From positions 347,489-411,488 of the forward strand of contig CBDBGT010000011.1 in assembly GCA_965205365.1 (NCBI GenBank): a stretch of 64,000 bases of DNA, in the 5' to 3' direction. How positions within the stretch are numbered: position 1 is the stretch's first letter; the number at the start of each line of letters is the position of its first letter. The DNA comes from Bdellovibrionales bacterium. GTDB lineage: Bacteria; Bdellovibrionota; Bdellovibrionia; Bdellovibrionales; UBA1609. The notes under the pieces were generated by a model. It worked only from the letters and a program-made list of their open reading frames with translations. It ran no database searches and was not told where the DNA came from. The position numbers and the translations under genes are program-made. Positions 20,909-31,302 of this stretch are shown here, one piece after another.

Positions 20909-22266
20909 ATGGACTGAGAAAAAACCTTTCTTGTGGGATTTTTTAACCGAAGCCGTTTATCAAGTCCCATACAAATATTTCTTAAAAATGGGCGACCTTT
21001 TTCACTAACCTCTAAACTTAACCCATTAAAATGTATGAACTCATCCTTAATTACTGAGCTTAAATAAATTTCAAGATCAGTCTTATCCGCTTGAGTAAGC
21101 TTTACTCTCCATTTTGTCATAAGATTTAAAATAAGTTCACGATAAACCTTGTCTTCACTGGTTAACTTATGACCTCTAAATGTAGGAATTTTCCCTTTAA
21201 AAACCTCTCTTTCATAAATAATAAGTTTTTTCTCATTTTGATGAAATATATCTGGTGTTTCAGAAATTGAACTCACACCAATACCTAAAAGTAAGTCAGT
21301 CCTAGTAGCAGTGTACCCCATAAAATTTCTATGGAGCCTTCCTTCCTCTAAGGCTTTATAAAGAGAATCCGATTTTAAAGCAAAATGATCCATACCAATT
21401 TCTACATAGCCTGCATCAATGAGTTTTTTTCTAGCCACTTCATAAAGCTCCCTTTTTTCAGCTCCTGTGGGAAGATCCTCATCTTTAAAAATTCTATGTG
21501 TTGGCTTAATCCATGGGACTAGAGCAAAACTATATAAGGCTATGCGATCAGGTCTGTGTTCAATAGTTTTTTCAATAAGGTGTTTTATTTTAAAAACATT
21601 TTGTTTTGGTAAACCATAAATTAAATCATAGTTTACTGACGTATAGCCTATCTCTCTTGCAGCACTTGTTAAATCCTTAGTTATTTTCTCTGGTTGAATT
21701 CTATTTACAAGCTTTTGAACTTCTAAATCAAAATCTTGAACACCCATGGACACTCTATGAAAACCTAACGGTTTAAGGGCTTTTAAATGTTTTCTTGTTG
21801 TTTTCCTTGGGTCTACTTCAATAGATCCTTCAAAATTACTAGAAAGTGTGCAATCTTTAAAGATTGCTTGAATAAGTTTTTTTAAATTTTCTGGTGAAAA
21901 AAAAGTTGGAGTCCCTCCACCAAAGTGCAATTCTTTAAGTGGCCTTGATTTTAAATCTGGGCAACTCCTAATATATATACTCCACTCATTTAACAATTGA
22001 GTTAAATAAATATCTTCTCTTTTGTGATCTTTTGTAATTGCCGTATTGCATCCACAAAATGTGCATAAACTCTCACAAAAAGGTATGTGAACATACATAG
22101 ACCAACTAGTGTGCTCATCACTCAGACAGTGGTTAATAGAAGCTGTCCATTCTTTTGTAGTTGGGCTGTTGTCCCAATAAGGAACCGTTGGATAGCTGGT
22201 GTACCTTGGGGCAGGAATATCATATTTAGCTAATAGCTCTTTCATTTTAATCTCTTTCTTGTTCAT
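20905..22266 (-). CDS. hemN: Oxygen-independent coproporphyrinogen III oxidase
   Basis: Radical SAM motif CESLCTFCGC and the HemN N-terminal YPTVPYW motif; 453 aa. Confidence 0.85.
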   Translation of the reverse strand: MNKKEIKMKELLAKYDIPAPRYTSYPTVPYWDNSPTTKEWTASINHCLSDEHTSWSMYVHIPFCESLCTFCGCNTAITKDHKREDIYLTQLLNEWSIYIRSCPDLKSRPLKELHFGGGTPTFFSPENLKKLIQAIFKDCTLSSNFEGSIEVDPRKTTRKHLKALKPLGFHRVSMGVQDFDLEVQKLVNRIQPEKITKDLTSAAREIGYTSVNYDLIYGLPKQNVFKIKHLIEKTIEHRPDRIALYSFALVPWIKPTHRIFKDEDLPTGAEKRELYEVARKKLIDAGYVEIGMDHFALKSDSLYKALEEGRLHRNFMGYTATRTDLLLGIGVSSISETPDIFHQNEKKLIIYEREVFKGKIPTFRGHKLTSEDKVYRELILNLMTKWRVKLTQADKTDLEIYLSSVIKDEFIHFNGLSLEVSEKGRPFLRNICMGLDKRLRLKNPTRKVFSQSI

Positions 22267-23291
22267 TTACTAAAATAACTACGTACAGTGTCTATATAAT
22301 ATTTAACATTACGCTCAGGAGTCCGTGGTAAAACACCATGCCCAAGCCCTGGAATCCAGCCTTTTCTTTCTTCAAGAGAAAGGCCTTTAAACTGATCTAA
22401 ATATTGGGCTAAGGAAACTCTAAGCTGAGAAAGCGGTTGGTGTAACAACGCTTGGTCAAAATTTCCCTGAACAAAGCCTGAATGTTTTCTATTTTTTAAG
22501 ATATTTACAAGATCCCATCTATGATCCCAACCCATTCCAGCCCAAGGCTGATCTAAAAAATCTAAAGAGTAGTGATTTAAATTGCCACCTTTAGCATAAT
22601 AACCAAGTTTACCTGGAAACTTTTTAACTAAAGTAAGTAAATAGGGTGCAATTCTAGTTTTAAACAGCTGTGCACTCACTTCACCCACAGCTGTATCAAA
22701 GACCATAACCACCTCAGCACCATTGTCTAACTGAAGTTGAATATTTCTCTCTAAAAATGGAAGCATATGAATTTGAGCAAACTCATCAAACAAGTGTAAG
22801 TTCTTTTTAGTTTCCACCATACTGCCTTTATAGCTACCCTCTACAGCATATCCAAAAAGAGTCCAAAGCCCACCAACAAAACCAATTAAACTTTTATTAT
22901 TAGGTAAGACCGCTCTAGTTGCTCTTAAACAATCTCCTTGAAATTTTATTCCTTCAAAGGCTTCTTCTTGAGATTTAAATTTTTTAAAATCACTTTTGTC
23001 CCTTAAATTCCAAGCTAAAATCGGCCCTGGAGAATACTCCAGACCCATACCAAACGCCTCTAATGGAAACAACAAGTCTGAAAACAAAATACAAAGATCA
23101 TAATCAAACTCATGAACAGCATTAAAACCAACTTTAGCTGCCAATTCAGGAGTTTTACATAAGTCCATAAATGAATACTCTTCTCTTAAGGCTCTATATG
23201 ATTTTTGATATCTTCCCGCCTGCCTCATAAGCCAAATAGGAGGAACACTTTCAACCTCACCATTTAAAACGTTTTGAAATTTTTTATTCAT
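22263..23291 (-). CDS. hemE: Uroporphyrinogen decarboxylase
   Basis: URO-D signature PIWLMRQAGRY; family length. Confidence 0.85.
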   Translation of the reverse strand: MNKKFQNVLNGEVESVPPIWLMRQAGRYQKSYRALREEYSFMDLCKTPELAAKVGFNAVHEFDYDLCILFSDLLFPLEAFGMGLEYSPGPILAWNLRDKSDFKKFKSQEEAFEGIKFQGDCLRATRAVLPNNKSLIGFVGGLWTLFGYAVEGSYKGSMVETKKNLHLFDEFAQIHMLPFLERNIQLQLDNGAEVVMVFDTAVGEVSAQLFKTRIAPYLLTLVKKFPGKLGYYAKGGNLNHYSLDFLDQPWAGMGWDHRWDLVNILKNRKHSGFVQGNFDQALLHQPLSQLRVSLAQYLDQFKGLSLEERKGWIPGLGHGVLPRTPERNVKYYIDTVRSYFSK

Positions 23292-23306
23292 TTTCCTCCA
23301 CCTTTA

Positions 23307-23969
23307 CTATTCTATAACCCATGAATAACCAACTCCTCTTATGCTTTTCACATAAGAACCATATTGTTTAAGATTGTTTCTTAATTTTAAAATAACATTG
23401 TCAATTGTTCTCTCTGTTGGAAATTGATTTTTTCCCCATATTTCATCTAAAATATCCGAACGCCTTACAACAGCTGGAGAGTTTTTATATAAACATAAAA
23501 AAACTCCAAATTCCTTTTCTGAAAGAAATAAAGTTTCTGAATTCTTCCAGTTAAATGAGTAAGATTTAAAGTTAATAGTTAGATCCCCTAATTTTAAAGC
23601 TTCTTCTTCAACATGATCTTCTAAGACATGACTTAATCTTATCCAAAGCTCTGCAAATAAGAATGGTTTTGGAATGTACTCAACTGCTCCAAGCTCATAT
23701 CCTTTTAGCCTATCTTCAGCTGTATTTCTAGCAGTTAAAAACAATATTGGATCTGATTTTTTAGCCCCATTAAGGTATTTAGCTACTTCATAGCCCTCAC
23801 CGTCTAAAAGACCCACATCTAGTATATAAAATTTAAAATCTTCCTTATTAATAGCCTCTATGGATTCAGCAACACTTCTTGCCCATAAAACTTCAACATT
23901 TTTTTCCTTAAGACTTTGAATAACTGATGTTGCAAGATTTAAATCATCTTCTACATATAAACCCCTCAT
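23307..23969 (-). CDS. OmpR/PhoB-family response regulator
   Basis: Receiver domain (YILDVGLLDGEG, ...K) plus a winged-helix C-terminus (RGVGY). Confidence 0.8.
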   Translation of the reverse strand: MRGLYVEDDLNLATSVIQSLKEKNVEVLWARSVAESIEAINKEDFKFYILDVGLLDGEGYEVAKYLNGAKKSDPILFLTARNTAEDRLKGYELGAVEYIPKPFLFAELWIRLSHVLEDHVEEEALKLGDLTINFKSYSFNWKNSETLFLSEKEFGVFLCLYKNSPAVVRRSDILDEIWGKNQFPTERTIDNVILKLRNNLKQYGSYVKSIRGVGYSWVIE

Positions 23970-23971
23970 GA

Positions 23972-24850
23972 CTAAGTCCCCTGTTCTTTAAAAAACAAGG
24001 TCACTTCTAACACACCTTCATGAGATAGATCAAAGCTTATGTCCCCACCCATTTTCTCCATAATCTCTTTAGTAAGCTTTAAACCTACTCCACTACCATC
24101 TATGGATTGAAATGCTCTCAAATTTTTTTCAAATTCTTTAATGGAAACAGGAAATTTACGCCCTCCTGGCGTAGAACAACAGATTCCAATATAGCCTTTC
24201 TGACTCTTTTTTTTTGCAAAAACCACCTCTAAGGCCCCTGCGTGAGTTAATGCGTTTTGAATTAAATTAATTAAAATACTCCTTACTGCTGCTGTATCTG
24301 CTATAATATTTAATCCATCCTCTATCTTAAAGGAAAGATCAGGCCACAAAGGCCTTATATAATTAATCTGTTTACAAAAATCTAAATTTTCAAATATAAA
24401 CTTTCTATTATTCTCATATGTAGCTTGTAATGCATTTTGTAACTGTTGATTAAGCCTTATTCCAATTTGTTGAATTTCTTTTACCTCACTTCTTAATGTG
24501 GGCTCTAAAACCTTTAAGGATAAACGCTCAAGCATCAATCTTAATGCTGATATGGTAGCTTTTAAATCATGAGTAAATAAAGACAAAAAGTTTTTACGCT
24601 CTCTTAGAATTTTATTTTCTTTAACAATAAAATAAATTAACGCCAAGGCTCCTATAATAAGGCAAGCATAAAGTGTCAGTCCTTCATACATAAGCATTTT
24701 CTGATGACTCAATATTACAGATTCAGACTTAAGATTTAAATTTTTCAAAGATTCTAATTGCCTAAAGCTAAAAATCACCCACCATGTAAGAAGCGCCAAT
24801 GTAAACACTACCCAAAAAATAAAAGCTATAAACAACCAAACTCTTTTCAT
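23972..24850 (-). CDS. Sensor histidine kinase (two TM segments, minimal sensor loop)
   Basis: H-box LFTHDLKATIS, N-box LINLIQNALTH and G-box IDGSGVGL. Confidence 0.8.
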   Translation of the reverse strand: MKRVWLFIAFIFWVVFTLALLTWWVIFSFRQLESLKNLNLKSESVILSHQKMLMYEGLTLYACLIIGALALIYFIVKENKILRERKNFLSLFTHDLKATISALRLMLERLSLKVLEPTLRSEVKEIQQIGIRLNQQLQNALQATYENNRKFIFENLDFCKQINYIRPLWPDLSFKIEDGLNIIADTAAVRSILINLIQNALTHAGALEVVFAKKKSQKGYIGICCSTPGGRKFPVSIKEFEKNLRAFQSIDGSGVGLKLTKEIMEKMGGDISFDLSHEGVLEVTLFFKEQGT

Positions 24851-24872
24851 ATTTTACCTTTATAATTTTAAC

Positions 24873-26165
24873 TTAGCATTTAAAGTTTTCATGAGTAAAA
24901 AGAGCTGCTTTCTTAAACTTCTCTAAAGACTCTTCCATAATTTCTATTGTATGAGTGCTTCCTAAAAACCCTACTTCATAACCACTAGGAGCAAGATAAA
25001 TTTTTTGTTCTAATAATGAATTAAAAAAATATTTAAATTTATCCTCATGATCCTTAGGTATTTGTGAAATAGCTCTTATAGGCTCCACTAGATCAACAAA
25101 CCAAAAAAGTGACCCATAAACATGAAGCCTTTTTTCAACACCTTTATCTTTTGCCCAAGAGTTAAAATCTCTTCTAAAAACATGTGTTAGTCTTAAAAAT
25201 TTATCCCAGACTCCATGCCTTTTTGCTTTTTTTAAAGTTGCTAATCCTGCAACCATCCCAACAGGATTAGCACTTAATGTTCCTGCTTGATAAACAGGCC
25301 CAAGAGGGGCGACTAAGTCCATAAGTTCTTTCTTCCCACCATAACAACCTACTGGAAAACCACCACCAATAATTTTACCATAAGTAATTAAGTCCGGGCT
25401 GATATTTAATTTCTCTGCCATTCCACCTAAACCAACTCTAAAACCAGAAATAACTTCATCAAAAATAATAAGAACTCCATTCTTACGAGCTATCCCAACC
25501 ACATCTTTTATAAAGTCCTCCCTTTGCTCTAATAAACCAAAGTTTGCAGGCAGAGGCTCTAAAATCACAGCAGCTAAATTATTTTTATTTATCTGAACAA
25601 CTTCTTCAAAAGTCTTTATATCATTTAAAGGACAAACCAGTGTTTGCGCTGCTGTAGATTTTGCAATCCCTACAGAGCTTGCCGCACTCTTACCAGCTAG
25701 GCCACTACCTGATTGAACTAAAAGAGAATCCACATGACCGTGATAACAACCTTCAAACTTTAATATCTTATCTTTTCCTGTAGCACCTCTGGCCACACGA
25801 AGAGCTGACATAACAGCCTCTGTTCCTGAACTTACAAACCTGAGCTTTTGCATTGCAGGAATATGCTCACATATCCATTCAGCAAGCTCTAAAGAGTACT
25901 GCTCACATGTCCCACTCGTCCAAAGAGTATTGATCATACGCTCAACTTCTTCTTGAACCTCTGAGTCTCTATGTCCGAGAATTAAAGGGCCAAAACTTTG
26001 ACAAAAATCTATATACTTATCTCCTTTAACTGAAGTTAAATAAGCCCCTTTTCCCTCTTTAAAGAAAACAGGACTTCCACCAACTGATTTATAAGCCCTT
26101 ACTGGAGAATGTACTCCTCCAGGAGAGACTTTTAAACAACGCTCATTTAATTTAAGTGACTCCAT
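24873..26165 (-). CDS. hemL: Glutamate-1-semialdehyde 2,1-aminomutase
   Basis: Class-III aminotransferase with the GSA-AM motif TYGKIIGGGFPVG. Confidence 0.9.
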   Translation of the reverse strand: MESLKLNERCLKVSPGGVHSPVRAYKSVGGSPVFFKEGKGAYLTSVKGDKYIDFCQSFGPLILGHRDSEVQEEVERMINTLWTSGTCEQYSLELAEWICEHIPAMQKLRFVSSGTEAVMSALRVARGATGKDKILKFEGCYHGHVDSLLVQSGSGLAGKSAASSVGIAKSTAAQTLVCPLNDIKTFEEVVQINKNNLAAVILEPLPANFGLLEQREDFIKDVVGIARKNGVLIIFDEVISGFRVGLGGMAEKLNISPDLITYGKIIGGGFPVGCYGGKKELMDLVAPLGPVYQAGTLSANPVGMVAGLATLKKAKRHGVWDKFLRLTHVFRRDFNSWAKDKGVEKRLHVYGSLFWFVDLVEPIRAISQIPKDHEDKFKYFFNSLLEQKIYLAPSGYEVGFLGSTHTIEIMEESLEKFKKAALFTHENFKC

Positions 26166-26168
26166 ACT

Positions 26169-27665
26169 CTAACCTTTAATGATATCTTTTTTAAACTGCT
26201 CTAACGAATATATTGGAAAAACTTTAAACTCCTCACTTAAACAATCTTGGTTATCTCTAATAAATGCCTCAACAACATCATATGACCTTCCCATACCTAT
26301 GAAATGTTTTTTTAAGCAAAGGCTTTTATTGTATTTAAGAGCCTTAACCATCAACTCTCCACTCATCCATACAAAATAATCTTTACCTAAAAAAGAAGTT
26401 TCATTTAATTCAACTTCTAAAGCATACGCCTTAACTGTTTGAAAGCCCTTTGGAGCAATCACATCATCATGTGTAAGCCAGTAATGTTGAACTCCTTGAG
26501 ACAAAAGGTCTCCAACATATAAGTCAGAGCCTAAACTATCAAGACATGAGTTCACCCACTGTCCAGATTCATAAAGTTTTTTCCACGTTCTAAGGCCCGC
26601 TGAATGAACTAAATCTTTATCTGAAACCACATTCCTTTTATAGGATTCAAATCTTGTAACCATAAAACTCTTAAGCCCCAAACTTTTAATTTTATAATCT
26701 ATCTTAACACGCTTGGCTAAAACTTCTTGTGTAGATATCCAAACTTTATTTTTATCAATTTTATTAGGATATTTTCTAAGTGGCTTAAAAATTAAGTCCC
26801 TAAATTTCTTACCATTTATACAACCTGCCTTTAATATAAGCTCACCATGTTTATTCTTAATAACATTAGCTCCTAACGGTAAATGACAACCTCCACCATA
26901 ATCTTTAAGTATAGCTCTCTCTTTAAGAACAGAGTCCATAATAGTTTTATTATTAAGTTTTGCTAATTTTTTATTTAATTCTATGTTTGAAATCTTAGTT
27001 TCAACTGCTAACGCTCCCTGGGCTGCTGCTGAAGGACAATAACTTGCAGGAAGCACTGACCAGTAACATTCATTAGAAATCTTATCCCAAATACCTGGAT
27101 TGTCTTTATTAAAAGACTCATCATTAATAAGTCTTTTTACTGCAGCTACAGCTACACAAAAACCATCTGATGATTGATTTTCTAAGAACTTTAAAAACCT
27201 TGTAGGGATATTACCTCTAATGGGAATGTAGTTTAACTTTTGTTTACCTTCAGACAAGTAAGAGAAAAATTCTGATAAATTAAACTCTCTTCTTGGGCTA
27301 GAAGTAAGTACACGCCAATTAACCTTAGGCCTTGATTTTCTTTTTAAAAAGAACAAGTCTCTTGTATCTTCTCTACCTAAAGTTGCTGTTATTTGTGTCA
27401 CACCATTTTCATCAATGGGAATATCTTTCCAGGAGTGAATAATAAGATCACATTCATTATTGTCTAAAAGCTTAAAAAAATCATTTGTAAAAACACCCTT
27501 ATTATCTGTTTTAGACAAATCCATATCTAAATTTAAATCCCCAAAAGAAGCCTTAAAAAATAACTCTGTACTATCTTCTGGAAAGTGGTTCTTATAGACT
27601 TTATTAAATATTCTTGCTTGAACTTGAGCTAAGTGACTTTTTCTAGATCCAATTTTTATAAACAT
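26169..27665 (-). CDS. hemC: Porphobilinogen deaminase with C-terminal extension (probable HemC-HemD fusion)
   Basis: The N-terminus has IKIGSRKSHLAQVQA and a cofactor-Cys region (GGGCHLPLG). An extra ~190 aa at the C-terminus sit where a separate hemD is otherwise missing from the cluster. Confidence 0.7.
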   Translation of the reverse strand: MFIKIGSRKSHLAQVQARIFNKVYKNHFPEDSTELFFKASFGDLNLDMDLSKTDNKGVFTNDFFKLLDNNECDLIIHSWKDIPIDENGVTQITATLGREDTRDLFFLKRKSRPKVNWRVLTSSPRREFNLSEFFSYLSEGKQKLNYIPIRGNIPTRFLKFLENQSSDGFCVAVAAVKRLINDESFNKDNPGIWDKISNECYWSVLPASYCPSAAAQGALAVETKISNIELNKKLAKLNNKTIMDSVLKERAILKDYGGGCHLPLGANVIKNKHGELILKAGCINGKKFRDLIFKPLRKYPNKIDKNKVWISTQEVLAKRVKIDYKIKSLGLKSFMVTRFESYKRNVVSDKDLVHSAGLRTWKKLYESGQWVNSCLDSLGSDLYVGDLLSQGVQHYWLTHDDVIAPKGFQTVKAYALEVELNETSFLGKDYFVWMSGELMVKALKYNKSLCLKKHFIGMGRSYDVVEAFIRDNQDCLSEEFKVFPIYSLEQFKKDIIKG

Positions 27666-28555
27666 AAATCATCCCAACCAAATGGTCGGTATTTTACAAA
27701 TCGTTCCTCGATTTTAGTGCAAATATCTTTCTCAATACTCTTAATAAGTTTCTTTTTTTTATCTATTTCAGCATAAACACCTTTAAAAACACTTTCTAAA
27801 TCAAAAAGTTTACAGGATAAGTTTAAAATAGGATCAATCTTTGATTCCTCTCTCAAATCCACTACAGTCTCCACGTTAGCATTAGTTAAATAACTTTCTA
27901 AAAGTTTAGCTTTTATTGGAGCACAAACTATAACATGTAATGGAAAATCAAATATAAAATCTTCATTGAAAGAAAAAACCTTTAAATCTCCATTCTCTTT
28001 ATATACATCTGTTTTCTCATAACGATCTAAAGACCTGACAAGGATCATAACATTTTTAGACCCCTTAACCCAGGGTAAAATAGACTCTGTTAAAGCCCCT
28101 GCACCAATAAATAAAATATGCTGATGATATTTTAAAATCCTACGAACCATACTTCCATAGCTTTGAGAACCTAAGCCTATAAGGTGCTTTGTCCTTATAG
28201 TTTTAACTAAATTTAAAATAAATTGAATAACTTCCTTTAAATCAGATTTTTTTTCTAACTGAGGGATAATTTGTTTTTTAAATTGCCCAAGAACTTCAGT
28301 CTCACCAACAACAGGAGACTCTAAGCCTGATAAAACTTTAACCATGTATTCAACAGCAGCAAAACCTGTGTAAAGATCAAACCCACTAGCTAACTTAGCA
28401 TCTTCTACTTTAAAAAATTCAAATTGAGCCTCACTAAAAAAAATGGTTTTACGCAAGCACGTCTGAAGAGATAAACCCTTACTTAAAAAAACACTTTCCT
28501 CTTTAAGTCTTTCATTACTTTTATGCCTGTTTAATACAACCAACATATTAAACAC
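27656..28555 (-). CDS. hemA: Glutamyl-tRNA reductase (short form, 299 aa)
   Basis: ESPVVGETEVLGQFK catalytic-domain motif and the NADPH fold FIGAGALTE. It lacks the usual long C-terminal dimerisation helix region. Confidence 0.7.
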   Translation of the reverse strand: MFNMLVVLNRHKSNERLKEESVFLSKGLSLQTCLRKTIFFSEAQFEFFKVEDAKLASGFDLYTGFAAVEYMVKVLSGLESPVVGETEVLGQFKKQIIPQLEKKSDLKEVIQFILNLVKTIRTKHLIGLGSQSYGSMVRRILKYHQHILFIGAGALTESILPWVKGSKNVMILVRSLDRYEKTDVYKENGDLKVFSFNEDFIFDFPLHVIVCAPIKAKLLESYLTNANVETVVDLREESKIDPILNLSCKLFDLESVFKGVYAEIDKKKKLIKSIEKDICTKIEERFVKYRPFGWDDLCL

Positions 28556-28782
28556 CCTATATTAACTAGCTTGTATTGTGTCACAGAAGTGTCAGTGAGA
28601 ACTCTCTTTTCTGCACTATTAGTAAACACTTTAAAAAAATAGTGCTCAAACCTTTATTGCAATATATTTTTGCAAAATTACATTATTAAACCTTAAAATA
28701 CCCTATTACCATTAATAAATAAGGCTAACTTAAAAAAAACCATAGACCATGCACAAATATAAAGCATTTAATAGAGAAAAAA

Positions 28783-29778
28783 CTATTTATGCGTATCTTC
28801 TAGGCTTAAAGCTCCATAGGTTATCACTACATCAGCACCTGCTCTAAAAATTGATGTTATGATTTCATTTTCAACAGCGTCTCCATCAATTAACCCTGCT
28901 GCAGCTGCAGCTTTAACCATAGCGTACTCACCACTTACACTATAGGCTGCCACGGGAAGTGTTGTGTGATTTTTAAATTTTAAAATAATATCAAGGTATG
29001 AAAGGGCTGGCTTAACCATAACCATATCAGCACCCTCTATTTCATCAGCTTCAAGCTCCCTTAAAGCTTCCTTTTTGTTTCTATGGTCCATTTGATAAGT
29101 TTTTTTATCACCAAATTTTAGTCTTGAACCTAAAGCATCCCTAAAAGGTCCATAAAAGCTTGAAGCATACTTTGCCGTATATGAAAGAATATTTACATGG
29201 TCAAAACCATTTTCGTCTAAATACTCTCTAATAACACCAACTCGCCCATCCATCATATCAGAAGGTGCAACCCAATCAGCACCTGCCTTAGCATGCATTA
29301 AAGACATTTTCTTTAAGACTTCAACTGTTTGAGCATTTAAAATTTTACCACCTTTAACAATACCATCATGGCCGTGTAAAGAAAATGGGTCTAATGCCAC
29401 ATCAGTCATCACTTCTAAATGAGGACACTCTTCCTTAACAATCTGAACAGCTTGTGGGAGTAAGCCTTTTGGATTTAGAGATTCTGTTGCGTTTAAGTCC
29501 TTTAAAGAGTCTTTAATAGAAGCAAATAATAAAACACCCATAATTTTTGATTTACTTAAACGCTCCTTACAAAAAACTCTTAAATCTTTTAGAGAGTATT
29601 TTTTTTGATCAAATAAAGCTTTAATACTTGAGGTCTCATTTGAAATAAATAAAGGCTGTATAAGGCTTTTTGTGCATAATTTTATTTCAGCTACAGCATC
29701 TCGTAAAGCACTGGATTTACGATTTCTTCGGGGCCTACTAGCTAAATTCACATCACACCTCTCATAAAACAATCTCAA
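28783..29778 (-). CDS. hemB: Porphobilinogen synthase (delta-aminolevulinate dehydratase)
   Basis: ALAD motifs DMVMVKPALSYLDI and AYSVSGEYAMVKAAA. Confidence 0.9.
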   Translation of the reverse strand: MRLFYERCDVNLASRPRRNRKSSALRDAVAEIKLCTKSLIQPLFISNETSSIKALFDQKKYSLKDLRVFCKERLSKSKIMGVLLFASIKDSLKDLNATESLNPKGLLPQAVQIVKEECPHLEVMTDVALDPFSLHGHDGIVKGGKILNAQTVEVLKKMSLMHAKAGADWVAPSDMMDGRVGVIREYLDENGFDHVNILSYTAKYASSFYGPFRDALGSRLKFGDKKTYQMDHRNKKEALRELEADEIEGADMVMVKPALSYLDIILKFKNHTTLPVAAYSVSGEYAMVKAAAAAGLIDGDAVENEIITSIFRAGADVVITYGALSLEDTHK

Positions 29779-30053
29779 TCAGTTTAAAAACTCAGGATTT
29801 AATTGTTAATTCAATAGGTTAAATCATTTTTATTACTTCAAAAACTTAAAAAAATCATGCCTTAATCTTTAAAAAACATTTCTAACCCTCTGTTTATTAT
29901 TTTAACAACCAAAATTTAAGAATTTAAGTCTCCTAACTCATATAACCTCAAGACTTTCTCCTTAAATCCCCCATTAAAATTTGACAAATATTTAACAACA
30001 CAAATAATCTATTACAATAACAATTTAAAGAATATTCCTAAAAAGGAGAAAAA

Positions 30054-30812
30054 ATGAAATTTTTAATTATAGCCACTCTAATATTTATACCTTTCACTGT
30101 GACTCATGCTCACTGGAAAACAGAGACTGACCTTGGCTTAGTTTCACAAAGTGGAAATACAAAGCAAGACAATACTCTTTTGCAAACTAAATGGACTAAG
30201 GAATCAACTAACAACATCTACACAGTTCATGGTCAATACATTAATTCTGTGGGCACAACTAATAATGGTGTTAATGTGAGATTAGCAGAATCTGCTCAAG
30301 CAGGGCTAAAATTCACAAAAACTATACCTAAAAAAGTTGGTATTTTCATTGGTTCTCTTTGGGAAAAAAACCACTTTGCAGGTTTTGAGAATAGATATTC
30401 TGCAGATATAGGTTTAAAATACAATATTAAAAAAACTAAAAATTTTTACTTCTTTAATGAAACTGGTTACAGGTACAGAGCTGAGTACCCTTCAGTTATT
30501 GGGCCTGGTCAGGGTGATAAATTTGAAGCTCATTTTGGAAGAGTTTATTTTGAACTTGGAGGAAAACTAAATTCCACTTCAAACTTTAAATTCTTAGTTG
30601 AAACTTTAATTGACTCTCAAGACTTAGAAAACATTGAACTTAACTTTGAACCATCAATTGATATAGCTTTAGGTGAGTTTCTCTCAAACACAAACCCAGC
30701 TCGTATAAGCTTAAAAATTTCCTATAAAGGCATGTATGATAACCTCCCTGCCATTGCAGGATTAAAACGATTTGATTCAATTTTATCCACTGGCATCCAA
30801 GTTTTATACTGA
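30054..30812 (+). CDS. DUF481 (YdiY-like) outer-membrane beta-barrel protein
   Basis: Signal peptide, an N-terminal W.TE.DLG...SGNT motif, alternating beta-strand pattern and an aromatic C-terminus. Confidence 0.55.
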   Translation: MKFLIIATLIFIPFTVTHAHWKTETDLGLVSQSGNTKQDNTLLQTKWTKESTNNIYTVHGQYINSVGTTNNGVNVRLAESAQAGLKFTKTIPKKVGIFIGSLWEKNHFAGFENRYSADIGLKYNIKKTKNFYFFNETGYRYRAEYPSVIGPGQGDKFEAHFGRVYFELGGKLNSTSNFKFLVETLIDSQDLENIELNFEPSIDIALGEFLSNTNPARISLKISYKGMYDNLPAIAGLKRFDSILSTGIQVLY

Positions 30813-31302
30813 AAGCACACACTTTAATTTAATTTGACAAAGAGTCTACCTTATTTAGGGTAACCAATCCCAAACTTGAAATAGACGGTCATCCATTTCT
30901 TCTTTTTGCATATCAACTAAAAAAAACTAAATCTTACAAAAGACTTGAGTGATCTTTTCTTTATAAAAAAACCTTAGGCCTTAAAAAAAATTCAAACTTG
31001 AATTAAAATTAAAGACTCAACTTGTACGGGTAATTTATTTACATATCCATGAGGTGTTCTTTTGTGCTCAACCAAGACTTTAGAACTCATTTCTTTGCAG
31101 TATTTAATTACCTAAATTGTTGGATCCACTTAGTTAAACTGGTCCAAAATTTCAAAATACCTATAAAAAGTGTTTCTTTTTTAGAAACTCATGTTTTATT
31201 TAATAGAGTAGTAAAAAAATTTTATTAAGGTTAGAAAGAGATATCCTTATGGATAGAAAAATTTTTTTTAAACATATAAAATATAAAAAGGAGAATAGAA
31301 AG

